A stretch of DNA of 64,000 nt from Candidatus Omnitrophota bacterium (GTDB lineage Bacteria; Omnitrophota; Gorgyraeia; Zapsychrales; Zapsychraceae). The notes under the pieces are model-generated. The model was not told where the DNA came from. It made no database searches and worked only from the letters and a program-made list of their open reading frames with translations. Location: positions 133-64,132 of the forward strand of contig JAIORP010000030.1 of assembly GCA_021108075.1 (NCBI GenBank), read 5' to 3'. Position numbers and translations under genes: made by a program. Position 1 is the first letter of the stretch. Each line of letters opens with the position of its first letter. This document shows, piece by piece, positions 30,460 to 39,312 of the stretch.

Positions 30460-30962
30460 AAGATTGCATTTTATTGATTATCATTTTGGGATTTTTGATG
30501 AGTTTTGATTTTGTTTGTGCGAATGAACAAACAAAAGAAGACAGTGTTTCTGATGATACGATCGAAAAAATGAGGGTAAATTATTCGATGAACCCGTTTA
30601 AACCACAGTTACCGAAAAAGACAGTTCCGCCGGTAAACACCTCTGTTCGACAACCGCCGCGACAGCTTCCGGTTAACCCTTCGAAGAAAACACCGTCGAA
30701 CAGGACGCCGTCCGCTGTGCCGCAGACAACCTCAAATCAAACGGACCCTCAGAACATCGATATCCCGATTGTTGATCCGGTGGTGACGTTGCCCCCATTG
30801 GATATTTCAGGGTTGATTTGGGATACCGATCGGCCTCAGGCTATTATTAATAATAAAATTTTGGAAATTGGTGATATTGTTGATGAATTTAAAATAATAC
30901 ACATCTATAAGCAGGGTGTTACCGGGCATTATCAGGGAAAGGATTTTACGATAACACCTTAA
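30456..30962 (+). CDS. PilP/GspC-like periplasmic protein with Pro-rich linker
   Basis: Signal peptide, NPF.P motif, ISGLIW..RPQAIINN..GD. Confidence 0.7.
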   Translation: MKDCILLIIILGFLMSFDFVCANEQTKEDSVSDDTIEKMRVNYSMNPFKPQLPKKTVPPVNTSVRQPPRQLPVNPSKKTPSNRTPSAVPQTTSNQTDPQNIDIPIVDPVVTLPPLDISGLIWDTDRPQAIINNKILEIGDIVDEFKIIHIYKQGVTGHYQGKDFTITP

Positions 30963-30978
30963 TGAGGAGTATGCAATA

Positions 30979-32586
30979 ATGAGACAAAAGCTTCCTTGCT
31001 TGGTTTTCTGGACGTTTTTATCGGTTCTCTTTTTCGTCCAGCCTGTTTTGAGTTACGACTGGGACGAATATGATTTATATTCAGGTGACAACGAAAACTT
31101 AAAGATCATTTCTATGGATTTTAAGAATGCGGCTTTAGGCGATGTGTTAAAGATTTTTTCTCAACAATCCGGCATGAATTTTATTTCTTCATCAGAAATT
31201 GCTGATAATAAAATTAATCTTTATCTGGAAAATGTTCCGGTTAAAGAAGCGCTTGAGCGGATTTTGACCGCTAACCAATTAACATATGAGTTAAAAACAG
31301 GCAGCAATATTTTTGTTGTTAAACCATTAAATGTCCCTGAACTTCAACTTGAAACAAGAATTTATCAGCTAAAACATGCAACGGTGCCTTCATCTAAAAT
31401 AAATTCGACTTTGTCTGGCTTCGGTGACGAGCAGGGCTCAGAAGAGGGGGGTGGTTCTGGCGGTGAATCGGGGGAGAGTGGCGGTAGCGGAGGGGAGTCC
31501 GATGATAGTAAGGGCATTCTTGGAATGGTTAAAAATATGTTATCAGAAAAGGGCAACATGGTTGAAGATGCCCGTACGAACAGCATTATCATCACCGACA
31601 TTTCAACGCAGTTCGCCAGGATTGAACTTGCCATCGCCCGTCTGGATGTACGCATTCCGCAAATTTTGATTGAGGTTGAGATGCTGGATATTTCATCCAA
31701 TACAGCTGATTTGATAGGGACCAAATTTGGGGATACTCCTGTTACTTTTTCCGCCGGGGAGAAAGACGGCTCGTTCCCTTTTGAAGAAGATAATATCATT
31801 GATGATGCTGGCGGTATCCGGACGACTGCCTATGAGGACGCGCAGTATCGGGTCAGTACGCTTTCTTTTAAAGGACTTACATTTTTAATGCAGTTTTTAC
31901 GCACACAGACAGATACGAACAATTTAGCCCGGCCTCGTATTTTAACGTTGAATAATGAAACAGCCGAGATTCATATTAAAACAGATGAAGCGATCGGTAT
32001 TTCTGCGAATACGACTTCCGCTGAAGGAACAGCAACGAGTGTCAATGAAGCTGAACGTGTTGCGACGGGTGTGTTTTTGACTGTGACGCCGCAAGCAAAT
32101 ACACACACCGGAGAAATAATGCTGGCGATTGAACCGAAGGTGATTCAGGCCAGGACCGGAGGAACGTTTAGCGGGCAGTCTTTCAAGGATCCTGAAGAAC
32201 GTGGCACAAAATCTATCTTACGTGTACAAAGTGGTCACACGGTTGTGATCGGCGGGTTGTTGCGCACAGACATTTCTGAAGTTAAGACGAAGGTGCCCCT
32301 GTTGGGTGATGTGCCTGTTGTTGGTAAAGTTTTTCAGCATTTGGATAAGACCGAAACGAAACGGGAGCTTATTATTTTTATTACTCCAAGTATCGTAAGT
32401 GAAGATCGAGCAAAAATTTCTTACTCAGAAAGGGAACCTATGATGCGCGAACGGTCCTTTTACAACGAGCGCAATGAATCGATCCGGGAAGACTTACAAC
32501 GTGAAGAGTTGAGAGATAACATTTTGAAGCGTGAAGACGCGACTCCGTATTATTCCATTGGTATTGATAAAGAATTAAATCATTAG
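30979..32586 (+). CDS. Secretin (PilQ/GspD family)
   Basis: STN domain (ISMDFKNA), DARTNSII, LD...PQILIE, PRILTLNN, KVPLLGDVP, ELIIFITP. Confidence 0.93.
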   Translation: MRQKLPCLVFWTFLSVLFFVQPVLSYDWDEYDLYSGDNENLKIISMDFKNAALGDVLKIFSQQSGMNFISSSEIADNKINLYLENVPVKEALERILTANQLTYELKTGSNIFVVKPLNVPELQLETRIYQLKHATVPSSKINSTLSGFGDEQGSEEGGGSGGESGESGGSGGESDDSKGILGMVKNMLSEKGNMVEDARTNSIIITDISTQFARIELAIARLDVRIPQILIEVEMLDISSNTADLIGTKFGDTPVTFSAGEKDGSFPFEEDNIIDDAGGIRTTAYEDAQYRVSTLSFKGLTFLMQFLRTQTDTNNLARPRILTLNNETAEIHIKTDEAIGISANTTSAEGTATSVNEAERVATGVFLTVTPQANTHTGEIMLAIEPKVIQARTGGTFSGQSFKDPEERGTKSILRVQSGHTVVIGGLLRTDISEVKTKVPLLGDVPVVGKVFQHLDKTETKRELIIFITPSIVSEDRAKISYSEREPMMRERSFYNERNESIREDLQREELRDNILKREDATPYYSIGIDKELNH

Positions 32587-32603
32587 AAAAAGGAAATATT
32601 TAA

Positions 32604-34343
32604 ATGGCCCGATTAAAACTAGGTGAGATTTTAATCAATCAAGGTTTAATTTCTCAAGAGCAATTGCAAAAGGCAATTGATACTCAGAAGAGAGAGAAAC
32701 GCGGCCGGATTGGAGAAGTTTTAATGAAGCTTGGAATCATCACCGAAGAGTCCATGAATTCGGCGTTGGCATCCCAGTTGGGCATTCCGTATTATTCTTC
32801 GGATAATACGGATCTTCTCAAACCTCGCGAAGACCAGGGATTAGAGTCCATCCTGGACGGTGATTTTGCCAGAAAAAATTTGGTCCTACCCCTTTCCAAA
32901 CATATGAATTCGTTAACCTGTGCGGTCAATGATCCCCTTGATTTGCTTTTGCTAGACAATTTAAGGCGAATTGCGGGCTGTGAGGTCAATATCGTTTTGA
33001 CCACGAAGAATGCTTTGCAAAAAGCGATTGCGGATTTTTATTATTCTGATAAAGGTGATGGGAAATCGAGCATGCTTAATCAGGCCGTTGAAAAATCTTA
33101 TTCATCAAATCAATCCAGTTCCTTTGTGACATCCGGGCAGAAAGAATCGGCTTCGGCTGAATTAAGTTTAGACAAACTGATCGAGAAGGCCGGTGAGGCC
33201 CCTGTCGTAAAATTGGTCGATCTGATCATCCGTCAGGCGATTGATGAGCGGGCGAGTGATATTCATATTGAGCCCTATAACAGTAAAATCAATTTACGAT
33301 ACCGGATTGATGGCAAGTTGTATAATATCCCACCGCCTGCGCCACATTTGCATTTACCGATTGTTTCACGTATTAAGATTTTATCCAAACTGGATATCGC
33401 TGAAAAACGTTTGCCTCAAGATGGCGCGATTTCTGCCAAGCTGGAAGACAGGACGGTTGATATTCGTATCTCAACAGTTCCAACGGTCTGGGGTGAGAAA
33501 GTTGTTATGCGTATTCTCGATAAAGGGGCTGTTCCTCTGGAACTCGCCAGCTTGGGATTTTCCCCTAAGCAGATTGATATGCTGCGCAACGCGTTAAGCT
33601 CGCCTTACGGCCTGTTTTTTGTTACCGGACCGACAGGAAGTGGTAAGTCAACAACACTCTATGCGGCCTTAAACGAGACAATTGACCCATCAAAAAATGT
33701 TATGACCGCGGAAGATCCGGTCGAATATAAGATCGACGGGATTAATCAGGTCGCCATTCGAACCGAAATCGGATTGACTTTTGCGATAGCACTAAAAGCG
33801 TTCCTACGTCAAGATCCGGATGTCATTATGGTCGGGGAGGTCCGTGATATTGAAACAGCGTCTATCTGTGTCCGCGCCGCTTTGACGGGTCACTTTGTCT
33901 TGAGTACGTTGCATACGAATGATGCCGCATCAGCAATAACTCGTTTGATTGATATTGGCGTGCCGCATTATTTGTTAACGCCATCTTTGATCATGATTTT
34001 AGGGCAACGGTTATGTCGTCGATTGTGTTCAAAGTGTAAGGAACCTTATGAGCCCACACCAGACCAACACGCCGGGAATAAATTTACCAGTGATTTAATT
34101 TACAGGGGCAAAGGTTGTGAAGACTGCAACAGCACCGGCTATAAAGGCCGTCTTGTTATATCAGAGGTCCTGGCTATCGATGATTCGATTCGAGCGGCGG
34201 TTTCAAATGGAGCAACATGGGCTGAATTAAAAGAATTAGCCCGTAAGAATGGGATGGATACGATTTTTGAATCAGGACTCCGTTTAATTGAACAGGGTTT
34301 AACAAGCTACGATGAGGTTTGTCGAGTGACAATGGAATATTAA
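32604..34343 (+). CDS. pilB: Pilus extension ATPase PilB/GspE with N-terminal MshEN domain
   Basis: ASDIHIEP, GPTGSGKSTT, LRQDPDVIMVGE, LSTLHTND, tetra-Cys motif; tandem (K/R)(L/I)GExL..xG motifs. Confidence 0.95.
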   Translation: MARLKLGEILINQGLISQEQLQKAIDTQKREKRGRIGEVLMKLGIITEESMNSALASQLGIPYYSSDNTDLLKPREDQGLESILDGDFARKNLVLPLSKHMNSLTCAVNDPLDLLLLDNLRRIAGCEVNIVLTTKNALQKAIADFYYSDKGDGKSSMLNQAVEKSYSSNQSSSFVTSGQKESASAELSLDKLIEKAGEAPVVKLVDLIIRQAIDERASDIHIEPYNSKINLRYRIDGKLYNIPPPAPHLHLPIVSRIKILSKLDIAEKRLPQDGAISAKLEDRTVDIRISTVPTVWGEKVVMRILDKGAVPLELASLGFSPKQIDMLRNALSSPYGLFFVTGPTGSGKSTTLYAALNETIDPSKNVMTAEDPVEYKIDGINQVAIRTEIGLTFAIALKAFLRQDPDVIMVGEVRDIETASICVRAALTGHFVLSTLHTNDAASAITRLIDIGVPHYLLTPSLIMILGQRLCRRLCSKCKEPYEPTPDQHAGNKFTSDLIYRGKGCEDCNSTGYKGRLVISEVLAIDDSIRAAVSNGATWAELKELARKNGMDTIFESGLRLIEQGLTSYDEVCRVTMEY

Positions 34344-34365
34344 TTTATTAATAAAGGGATAAAGA

Positions 34366-35604
34366 TTGCCAAAATATTCATATATCGTTAAAAATAAGGC
34401 CGGTGTTGAAGAAAAAAATGTTGTGGATGCCGTTAGCCAACAATCTCTTATAGAGAAGTTGCAACGCGAAGGTTACTTTATTGTTCGCGTGTTAGAAATC
34501 AAAACGACGTCCCATTTAAAGAAGAAAACATCCAAAAAAAACGAAAAGAGAAAATTTAGTCGTAAAAAAACTAAGTTGGAGGATCTTTTATCTTTTTCCC
34601 GTCAGTTAGCAACGATGTTAGAAGCGGGGGTTTCACTGATCCGCAGCCTTGATGTCATCCTGATTCAGGTGCAGAGTGAAGAGCTATACAATATATTAAA
34701 AGCCTGCAAGAAAGATGTCGAACAGGGTATCGCGTTAAGTGTTTCTTTGTCCAAGTATCCGAACGTCTTTAACCAGTTTTGGGTCAGCCTTATTGAAGTG
34801 GGTGAGGCTTCGGGTACTGTCCCTGTCGTTTTAAACAAACTTTCTTTTTATTTAGAACAACAGGCTGAATTCCGGGCGACCATTATTTCGGGCCTCATTT
34901 ATCCCGCTATTTTATTTATGGTCGCTGTTGGGGCTATTGCATTTTTTGCCCTGTTTGTGGGTCCGCGTTTTCAGTCGATTTTTGATTCAATGAACGTGGA
35001 TTTACCGATGATTACGGTTGTTTTATTGGCATCCTTTTCTTTTCTTAAAAAGAACATATTTTTGATTATCGCCGGAATCGTCGCGGGTGTATTCTTTTTA
35101 AAAAAATATATCAAAACATATCAAGGTAAATTACTTTTTGAAAAAGCTATGTTCAATATGCCTGTTTTTGGTGAGGTGTACCGTTTAATTATTGTTGAAC
35201 GCTTTACATCTCAGATGTCCATCTTGATTGATGCCGGTGTACCCATTTTATACGCCTTGGATATATCCGAACGTTTAGTCGATAATAATTCTTGTGCCAT
35301 GATTATCAGCACAATTAAAGAAGGCGTCCGCGAAGGGGAATTATTGGTCGCGCCCATGACGCGCAGTGGTTTCTTTCCAGCTATGTGTTTGCAGATGATT
35401 ATGGTCGGGGAAGAAACAGGTGAATTGAGTAAAATGTTGAAACACGTGTCAGCTTATTATCAAGATCTGGTTTCAACTTTTATGAAAAGGTTTGCGACGA
35501 TTGTTGAGCCATTTATGTTGGTTTTTATGGGGGGTGTCATCGGAACCATTGTTCTGGCCATGTTTTTACCAATGTTTAATATCGCACAACTAGGGGGAGG
35601 TTGA
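34366..35604 (+). CDS. pilC: Pilus platform protein PilC/GspF
   Basis: FSRQLATMLEAG, GEASG, GEETGEL..ML, EP.M; TTG start. Confidence 0.95.
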   Translation: MPKYSYIVKNKAGVEEKNVVDAVSQQSLIEKLQREGYFIVRVLEIKTTSHLKKKTSKKNEKRKFSRKKTKLEDLLSFSRQLATMLEAGVSLIRSLDVILIQVQSEELYNILKACKKDVEQGIALSVSLSKYPNVFNQFWVSLIEVGEASGTVPVVLNKLSFYLEQQAEFRATIISGLIYPAILFMVAVGAIAFFALFVGPRFQSIFDSMNVDLPMITVVLLASFSFLKKNIFLIIAGIVAGVFFLKKYIKTYQGKLLFEKAMFNMPVFGEVYRLIIVERFTSQMSILIDAGVPILYALDISERLVDNNSCAMIISTIKEGVREGELLVAPMTRSGFFPAMCLQMIMVGEETGELSKMLKHVSAYYQDLVSTFMKRFATIVEPFMLVFMGGVIGTIVLAMFLPMFNIAQLGGG

Positions 35605-35741
35605 TAATATATAAGAAGCTTCAGAATATGTTTATAAATATTAGTTATACGCATTAAAAAAAATAAGTTTTATCTATCTATTCAATAGAAAATCGGTTAA
35701 ATTATAAATGTAAAAAAAATGAAAAAATTTATCCGCTCTCT

Positions 35742-35770
35742 TTGACAACTATCGATTTATATGGTATACA
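35742..35770 (+). promoter_or_regulatory. Putative promoter of the riboswitch/pilin transcript
   Basis: TTGACA-N17-TATACA with TG extension, just upstream of the aptamer. Confidence 0.55.
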
Positions 35771-35791
35771 TTTCTTAGAAACATGTTGAGC

Positions 35792-35926
35792 TTTATTGTT
35801 AAATGTAAACTACTCGTAAGGGTACGACACAAAACTATAGGGCCCTGGAAGTGCGGTATTTGAGCACTTTAATTTATAGATGAAGGAATAAAACGACATC
35901 TGCAGGGGTAGCCAGTTGCCAATAAA
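35792..35926 (+). ncRNA. GEMM-I (c-di-GMP-I class) riboswitch aptamer, U20 variant
   Basis: P1 TTTATTG/CAATAAA; GT-AAAC-TACTC-GTAA-GGGTA-CGACAC-AAA-ACTATAGGG...GTAGCCAGTTGCC matches the GEMM-I core. Confidence 0.88.
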
Positions 35927-35940
35927 AAAGGTTGTGTATA

Positions 35941-35974
35941 CCTATTCTACGATAGCTAGAATAGGTTTTTTTTT
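35941..35974 (+). terminator. Intrinsic terminator (riboswitch expression platform)
   Basis: CCTATTCTA/TAGAATAGG stem + T9, between aptamer and pilin start. Confidence 0.88.
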
Positions 35975-36064
35975 GAGGCTTCTTGGAGAAAGGGAAATTA
36001 GAAAAAATAGAACAATAATGTCAGGAAAATCAAAAAGGAAAGTAAGTAAAAAAGGAGCTTGAAC

Positions 36065-36481
36065 ATGAATTTAAATAACAAAAGTGGTTTTACATTACTC
36101 GAAATTATCATTGTCATCATCATCGTTGGTGTACTCGCCAGTTTAGCATTACCTCGATTTTTCAGCACCGTGGAATTCTCCAGAAGTACAGAAGCTCTTT
36201 CAGCATCAAGTTCAATCCGTCAATCATTAGAGCGATGTTATTTAGGGAATAATGGGAATTATGTCGGCTGTACGCTAGCCGCGATTGACTTAGCTGATCC
36301 CGGCGGATCACCAGGTGCTCATTTCGCGTATGCTATTGCTGGTCAAAGCGCCACAGGATACACAATCACAGCGACAAGAAACGCTATTAATGGCGGTGAC
36401 GGCACATCAGCAATCACCCTCACTCAATCTGCTGCGGGTGTTGCAAGAGCGGGTACAGGCGTTTTCGTTGGCATTAAATAA
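36065..36481 (+). CDS. Type IV pilin (probable major pilin)
   Basis: G|FTLLEIIIVIIIVGVLASLALPRF class III signal; AAGGAG RBS; first gene after the riboswitch. Confidence 0.93.
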   Translation: MNLNNKSGFTLLEIIIVIIIVGVLASLALPRFFSTVEFSRSTEALSASSSIRQSLERCYLGNNGNYVGCTLAAIDLADPGGSPGAHFAYAIAGQSATGYTITATRNAINGGDGTSAITLTQSAAGVARAGTGVFVGIK

Positions 36482-36510
36482 AACGGGTTGATTTTTTAAC
36501 CTTTTAAGGT

Positions 36511-36565
36511 CCTAAATAGCGACATCGAAGTTTTATTCATTAAGACTTCGATGTCGCTATTTAGG
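36511..36565. repeat. 21-bp perfect inverted repeat between first and second pilin genes
   Basis: CCTAAATAGCGACATCGAAGT / ACTTCGATGTCGCTATTTAGG. Confidence 0.85.
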
Positions 36566-36585
36566 CGTCCTGAAACAAATGGTGA

Positions 36586-36975
36586 TTGCTTATGATATTC
36601 AGTCAGAAAGGTTTCACATTATTAGAGGTATTGATCACTATGATCATTATTGGGGCAATGGCTTCCATCGCCTGGCCCAGCTTTGTTGTCACAATTGAAC
36701 GGGCAAAATCGGCTGAAGGGGTTCAGATCCTGGAAGTCATAATGGGTTCCCAAAAGATATATAAATTAGAAAATGGGGTTTATTCCAATACTATGGCAAA
36801 CTTAGAAGTCTCAATCCCTGCCGCCAGTAATTTTAATGCCCCGACATTGAGCACGTCCAATCCAATCGCTTCTATTCAACGAAAAGATAATTTATATACA
36901 TTGTCCATTACGGACGCCGGGGTAATCGCCTGTTCCAATGGTACTGTAACATACTGTCAAAAGATAGGGTATTAG
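36586..36975 (+). CDS. Type IV pilin-like protein
   Basis: G|FTLLEVLITMII; C-terminal Cys pair. Confidence 0.9.
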   Translation: MLMIFSQKGFTLLEVLITMIIIGAMASIAWPSFVVTIERAKSAEGVQILEVIMGSQKIYKLENGVYSNTMANLEVSIPAASNFNAPTLSTSNPIASIQRKDNLYTLSITDAGVIACSNGTVTYCQKIGY

Positions 36976-36978
36976 AAC

Positions 36979-37404
36979 ATGAAGAACTTAAAGGGTTTTA
37001 CATTGCTGGAAATTATTATTGTTGTCATTTTGCTGAGTATTATCGCGGGATTTGCTATTCCCTCGTATAACAAATCCATGCGCCGCACGCATGAACAGGA
37101 TGCTGTTGTTCAATTGACAGCCCTGCATGTGGCAAATGAATTATATGAAGCTCAGGCTGATCAATATTTACAGGGTGCGGGACTATCGTTGACGCAGGTT
37201 AACAATGGACTCCACATCAGTATCATGGCCAATGAGATGACTTATAGCTATACGTCAGGGGCTGGCAGTTATGCCGCAACATCTTCGTGGAACGAGACAG
37301 GAACAAGCCATGACTTCACTTTACGGGTGAATCAAACAACGATTTCTTCGTCCAATCCCTGTTGTTCAGCGGGTACTTGTCCAACGGTTGCTAATTGTTC
37401 TTAA
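36979..37404 (+). CDS. Type IV pilin-like protein (PilE-like)
   Basis: G|FTLLEIIIVVIL..IPSY; Cys-rich C-terminus. Confidence 0.9.
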   Translation: MKNLKGFTLLEIIIVVILLSIIAGFAIPSYNKSMRRTHEQDAVVQLTALHVANELYEAQADQYLQGAGLSLTQVNNGLHISIMANEMTYSYTSGAGSYAATSSWNETGTSHDFTLRVNQTTISSSNPCCSAGTCPTVANCS

Positions 37405-37418
37405 AAAGAAGGTTATTG

Positions 37419-37760
37419 ATGTTACGGATAAGAAAGAAAAATGGGGTGTCTATCGTTGAAGTCGTTGTTACGGCCATTATTTTTTCCATTGCGGCTTTTG
37501 GGGTTTTTTCGACCATCGCTGTTCTGCGTCCACAGGGCCAGGATTCAATGAAAAAGCTGCAGGCGCTTTATACGGGGAAGAGTATTTTAGATGAATTGAT
37601 TATGGCTGTTGATGCTCACACGTGGGGTTCTGGTTTGAGTAATTTGGCCCTGGGACATCATAGTCGTGTGATCGGTAATTACACCATTAATTATTATGTA
37701 GCCGATGTTACCGGCCAGGGTTTGCGGCAAGTCTATATGAATGTGAGTTATCCGGATTAA
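37419..37760 (+). CDS. Minor pilin (PilV/GspI-like)
   Basis: NG|VSIVEVVVTAII class III signal. Confidence 0.8.
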   Translation: MLRIRKKNGVSIVEVVVTAIIFSIAAFGVFSTIAVLRPQGQDSMKKLQALYTGKSILDELIMAVDAHTWGSGLSNLALGHHSRVIGNYTINYYVADVTGQGLRQVYMNVSYPD

Positions 37761-37761
37761 T

Positions 37762-38367
37762 ATGAAGTATATTTTTTTAAAAAATAAAAAAGGTCTGACG
37801 TTAACGGAACTGATTGTTGCCACCGTCATGATCGCGATTGTCATGGTCGGCGTTGCCGCCTTTACGTTTGCGGTGAAAAGCATTCAAGGCACAAGTAGAA
37901 AGGCGTCGATCACGTCCATGCGTTTAGCAGCTGTTATGAGCAAGCTGCGCAAGGATGCGATGCTTGCTGTCGGAGACATTAATAATCTCGGCATCGTTTC
38001 TAACAATACAGGAGATGATAGAGGATTGTGTTTCCGACATGATGCAGATAATGATCCAGCGACGTATACGGGTGATCAATGGGTCTGTTATGTGACATAT
38101 GGCACCGGAGATACCGGTTTGCGAGTTTGTGAAGGATTAGCCTCAGCAGATACCGATTGCGGCCAGGCTGGTCCACCGAACGATAAGCAGTTAATTGAAT
38201 TAACAAGCAAGAATTATTTTTCCATCTCATTGGACGGACAAGGGCGTTTAGCTGAATTGCAGATAACGCTAACTGCTCGGGATGATTCTTCTGCCGTGGC
38301 AGACCCGTTAGAAAATCCTGAGTACACACTCACCACAAAGGTCTTTCCTGTTGGGCATAGCTGGTAA
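37762..38367 (+). CDS. Minor pilin (PilW/GspJ-like)
   Basis: KG|LTLTELIVATVM class III signal; larger C-terminal domain. Confidence 0.82.
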   Translation: MKYIFLKNKKGLTLTELIVATVMIAIVMVGVAAFTFAVKSIQGTSRKASITSMRLAAVMSKLRKDAMLAVGDINNLGIVSNNTGDDRGLCFRHDADNDPATYTGDQWVCYVTYGTGDTGLRVCEGLASADTDCGQAGPPNDKQLIELTSKNYFSISLDGQGRLAELQITLTARDDSSAVADPLENPEYTLTTKVFPVGHSW

Positions 38368-38471
38368 TGATTTGTATATTTATTCTGTCTCTCCCCAAAT
38401 ATATGGAAATGCTTGTCATAAATCTTGTGTTTTGATAATATGAAATCTCCAAAATGAAATTTATATTAATT

Positions 38472-38544
38472 GGGTCGGTAGCTCAATTGGGAGAGCACAT
38501 GGTTCGCAATCATGAGGTTGGGGGTTCGATCCCCCTCCGATCCA
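38472..38544 (+). tRNA. tRNA-Ala(CGC)
   Basis: Acceptor GGGTCGG/CCGATCC with G3:U70, discriminator A, anticodon loop TT-CGC-AA, GGTTCGAT T-loop; CCA not encoded. Confidence 0.95.
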
Positions 38545-38571
38545 TTCTTAATAATTTTTTTTAATTTGTAT

Positions 38572-39312
38572 ATGTATCGATTTTATACTCCAAACTTAGA
38601 TTTATCAAAAGATGACGTTATTTTGGCTAACGCTAAAGAGCGCCATCACCTGCAACATGTTTTACGTTTGAAGGCAGGGACGGTCGTTTATTTGTTTGAT
38701 GGCGATGGTAATGAGGTTCAGGCTAAAATTAACCATTTTGAAGAGATGCGGATTCATTTCGATGTCGTTTCCAGGAATTTTAAGTCTTTATCTGTGCCAC
38801 AAATTATTTTAGCATGTGCGATTCCCAAAAGATCTAAATTTGAACTCATCATTGAAAAAACGACAGAGTTGGGCGTTGCTGAAATTTATCCGATGATCAC
38901 TCATCGAACAGAATTGAAAATGAAAAAGGAAGGGTTGCACAGAAAGGACGAACGCTTTTCATCTGTGGCTGTTAATGCTGCGAAACAAAGTCAGAGAGCG
39001 CATGTCCCGGTCATTCATCCGATCGAGCCGTTCAAGTCCGTTTTGCCCGTGCTTGCCGAAAGAGGTGTTACCCTTATCCCGAGCTTAATCGGTGAGCGAA
39101 AGCCATTATGGCAAGTGATCCGGCATTTAGACAAACCTGATCTGATATCGTATTTCATCGGGCCTGAAGGTGACTTTACTCCACAGGAATATGAACATGC
39201 TTTTCGTTGTGGTTGTCAATCAGTTTCTTTAGGTGAAACGATTTTGAAGGTCGAAACCGCTGCAATCTGTGTGATTTCAGCTCTGCATTTATTTTATTCT
39301 GATGACTATTGA
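38572..39312 (+). CDS. rsmE: 16S rRNA m3U1498 methyltransferase
   Basis: HL.HVLR, EKTTELGV, AAKQS.R, IGPEGDF, LG..ILKVETA; start corrected to lie after the tRNA. Confidence 0.95.
   Translation: MYRFYTPNLDLSKDDVILANAKERHHLQHVLRLKAGTVVYLFDGDGNEVQAKINHFEEMRIHFDVVSRNFKSLSVPQIILACAIPKRSKFELIIEKTTELGVAEIYPMITHRTELKMKKEGLHRKDERFSSVAVNAAKQSQRAHVPVIHPIEPFKSVLPVLAERGVTLIPSLIGERKPLWQVIRHLDKPDLISYFIGPEGDFTPQEYEHAFRCGCQSVSLGETILKVETAAICVISALHLFYSDDY

Noticed and set aside
31425-31510. G-rich low-complexity tract in the secretin gene
   Set aside because: Encodes a Gly/Ser/Glu flexible loop of the kind common in secretin N3 domains
38472-38544. tRNA as an integration site for the pilus locus
   Set aside because: No duplicated tRNA 3' end, integrase or obvious compositional break seen
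38512-38571. N-terminal extension of the rsmE ORF
   Set aside because: Overlaps tRNA-Ala; the real start is ATG 38572
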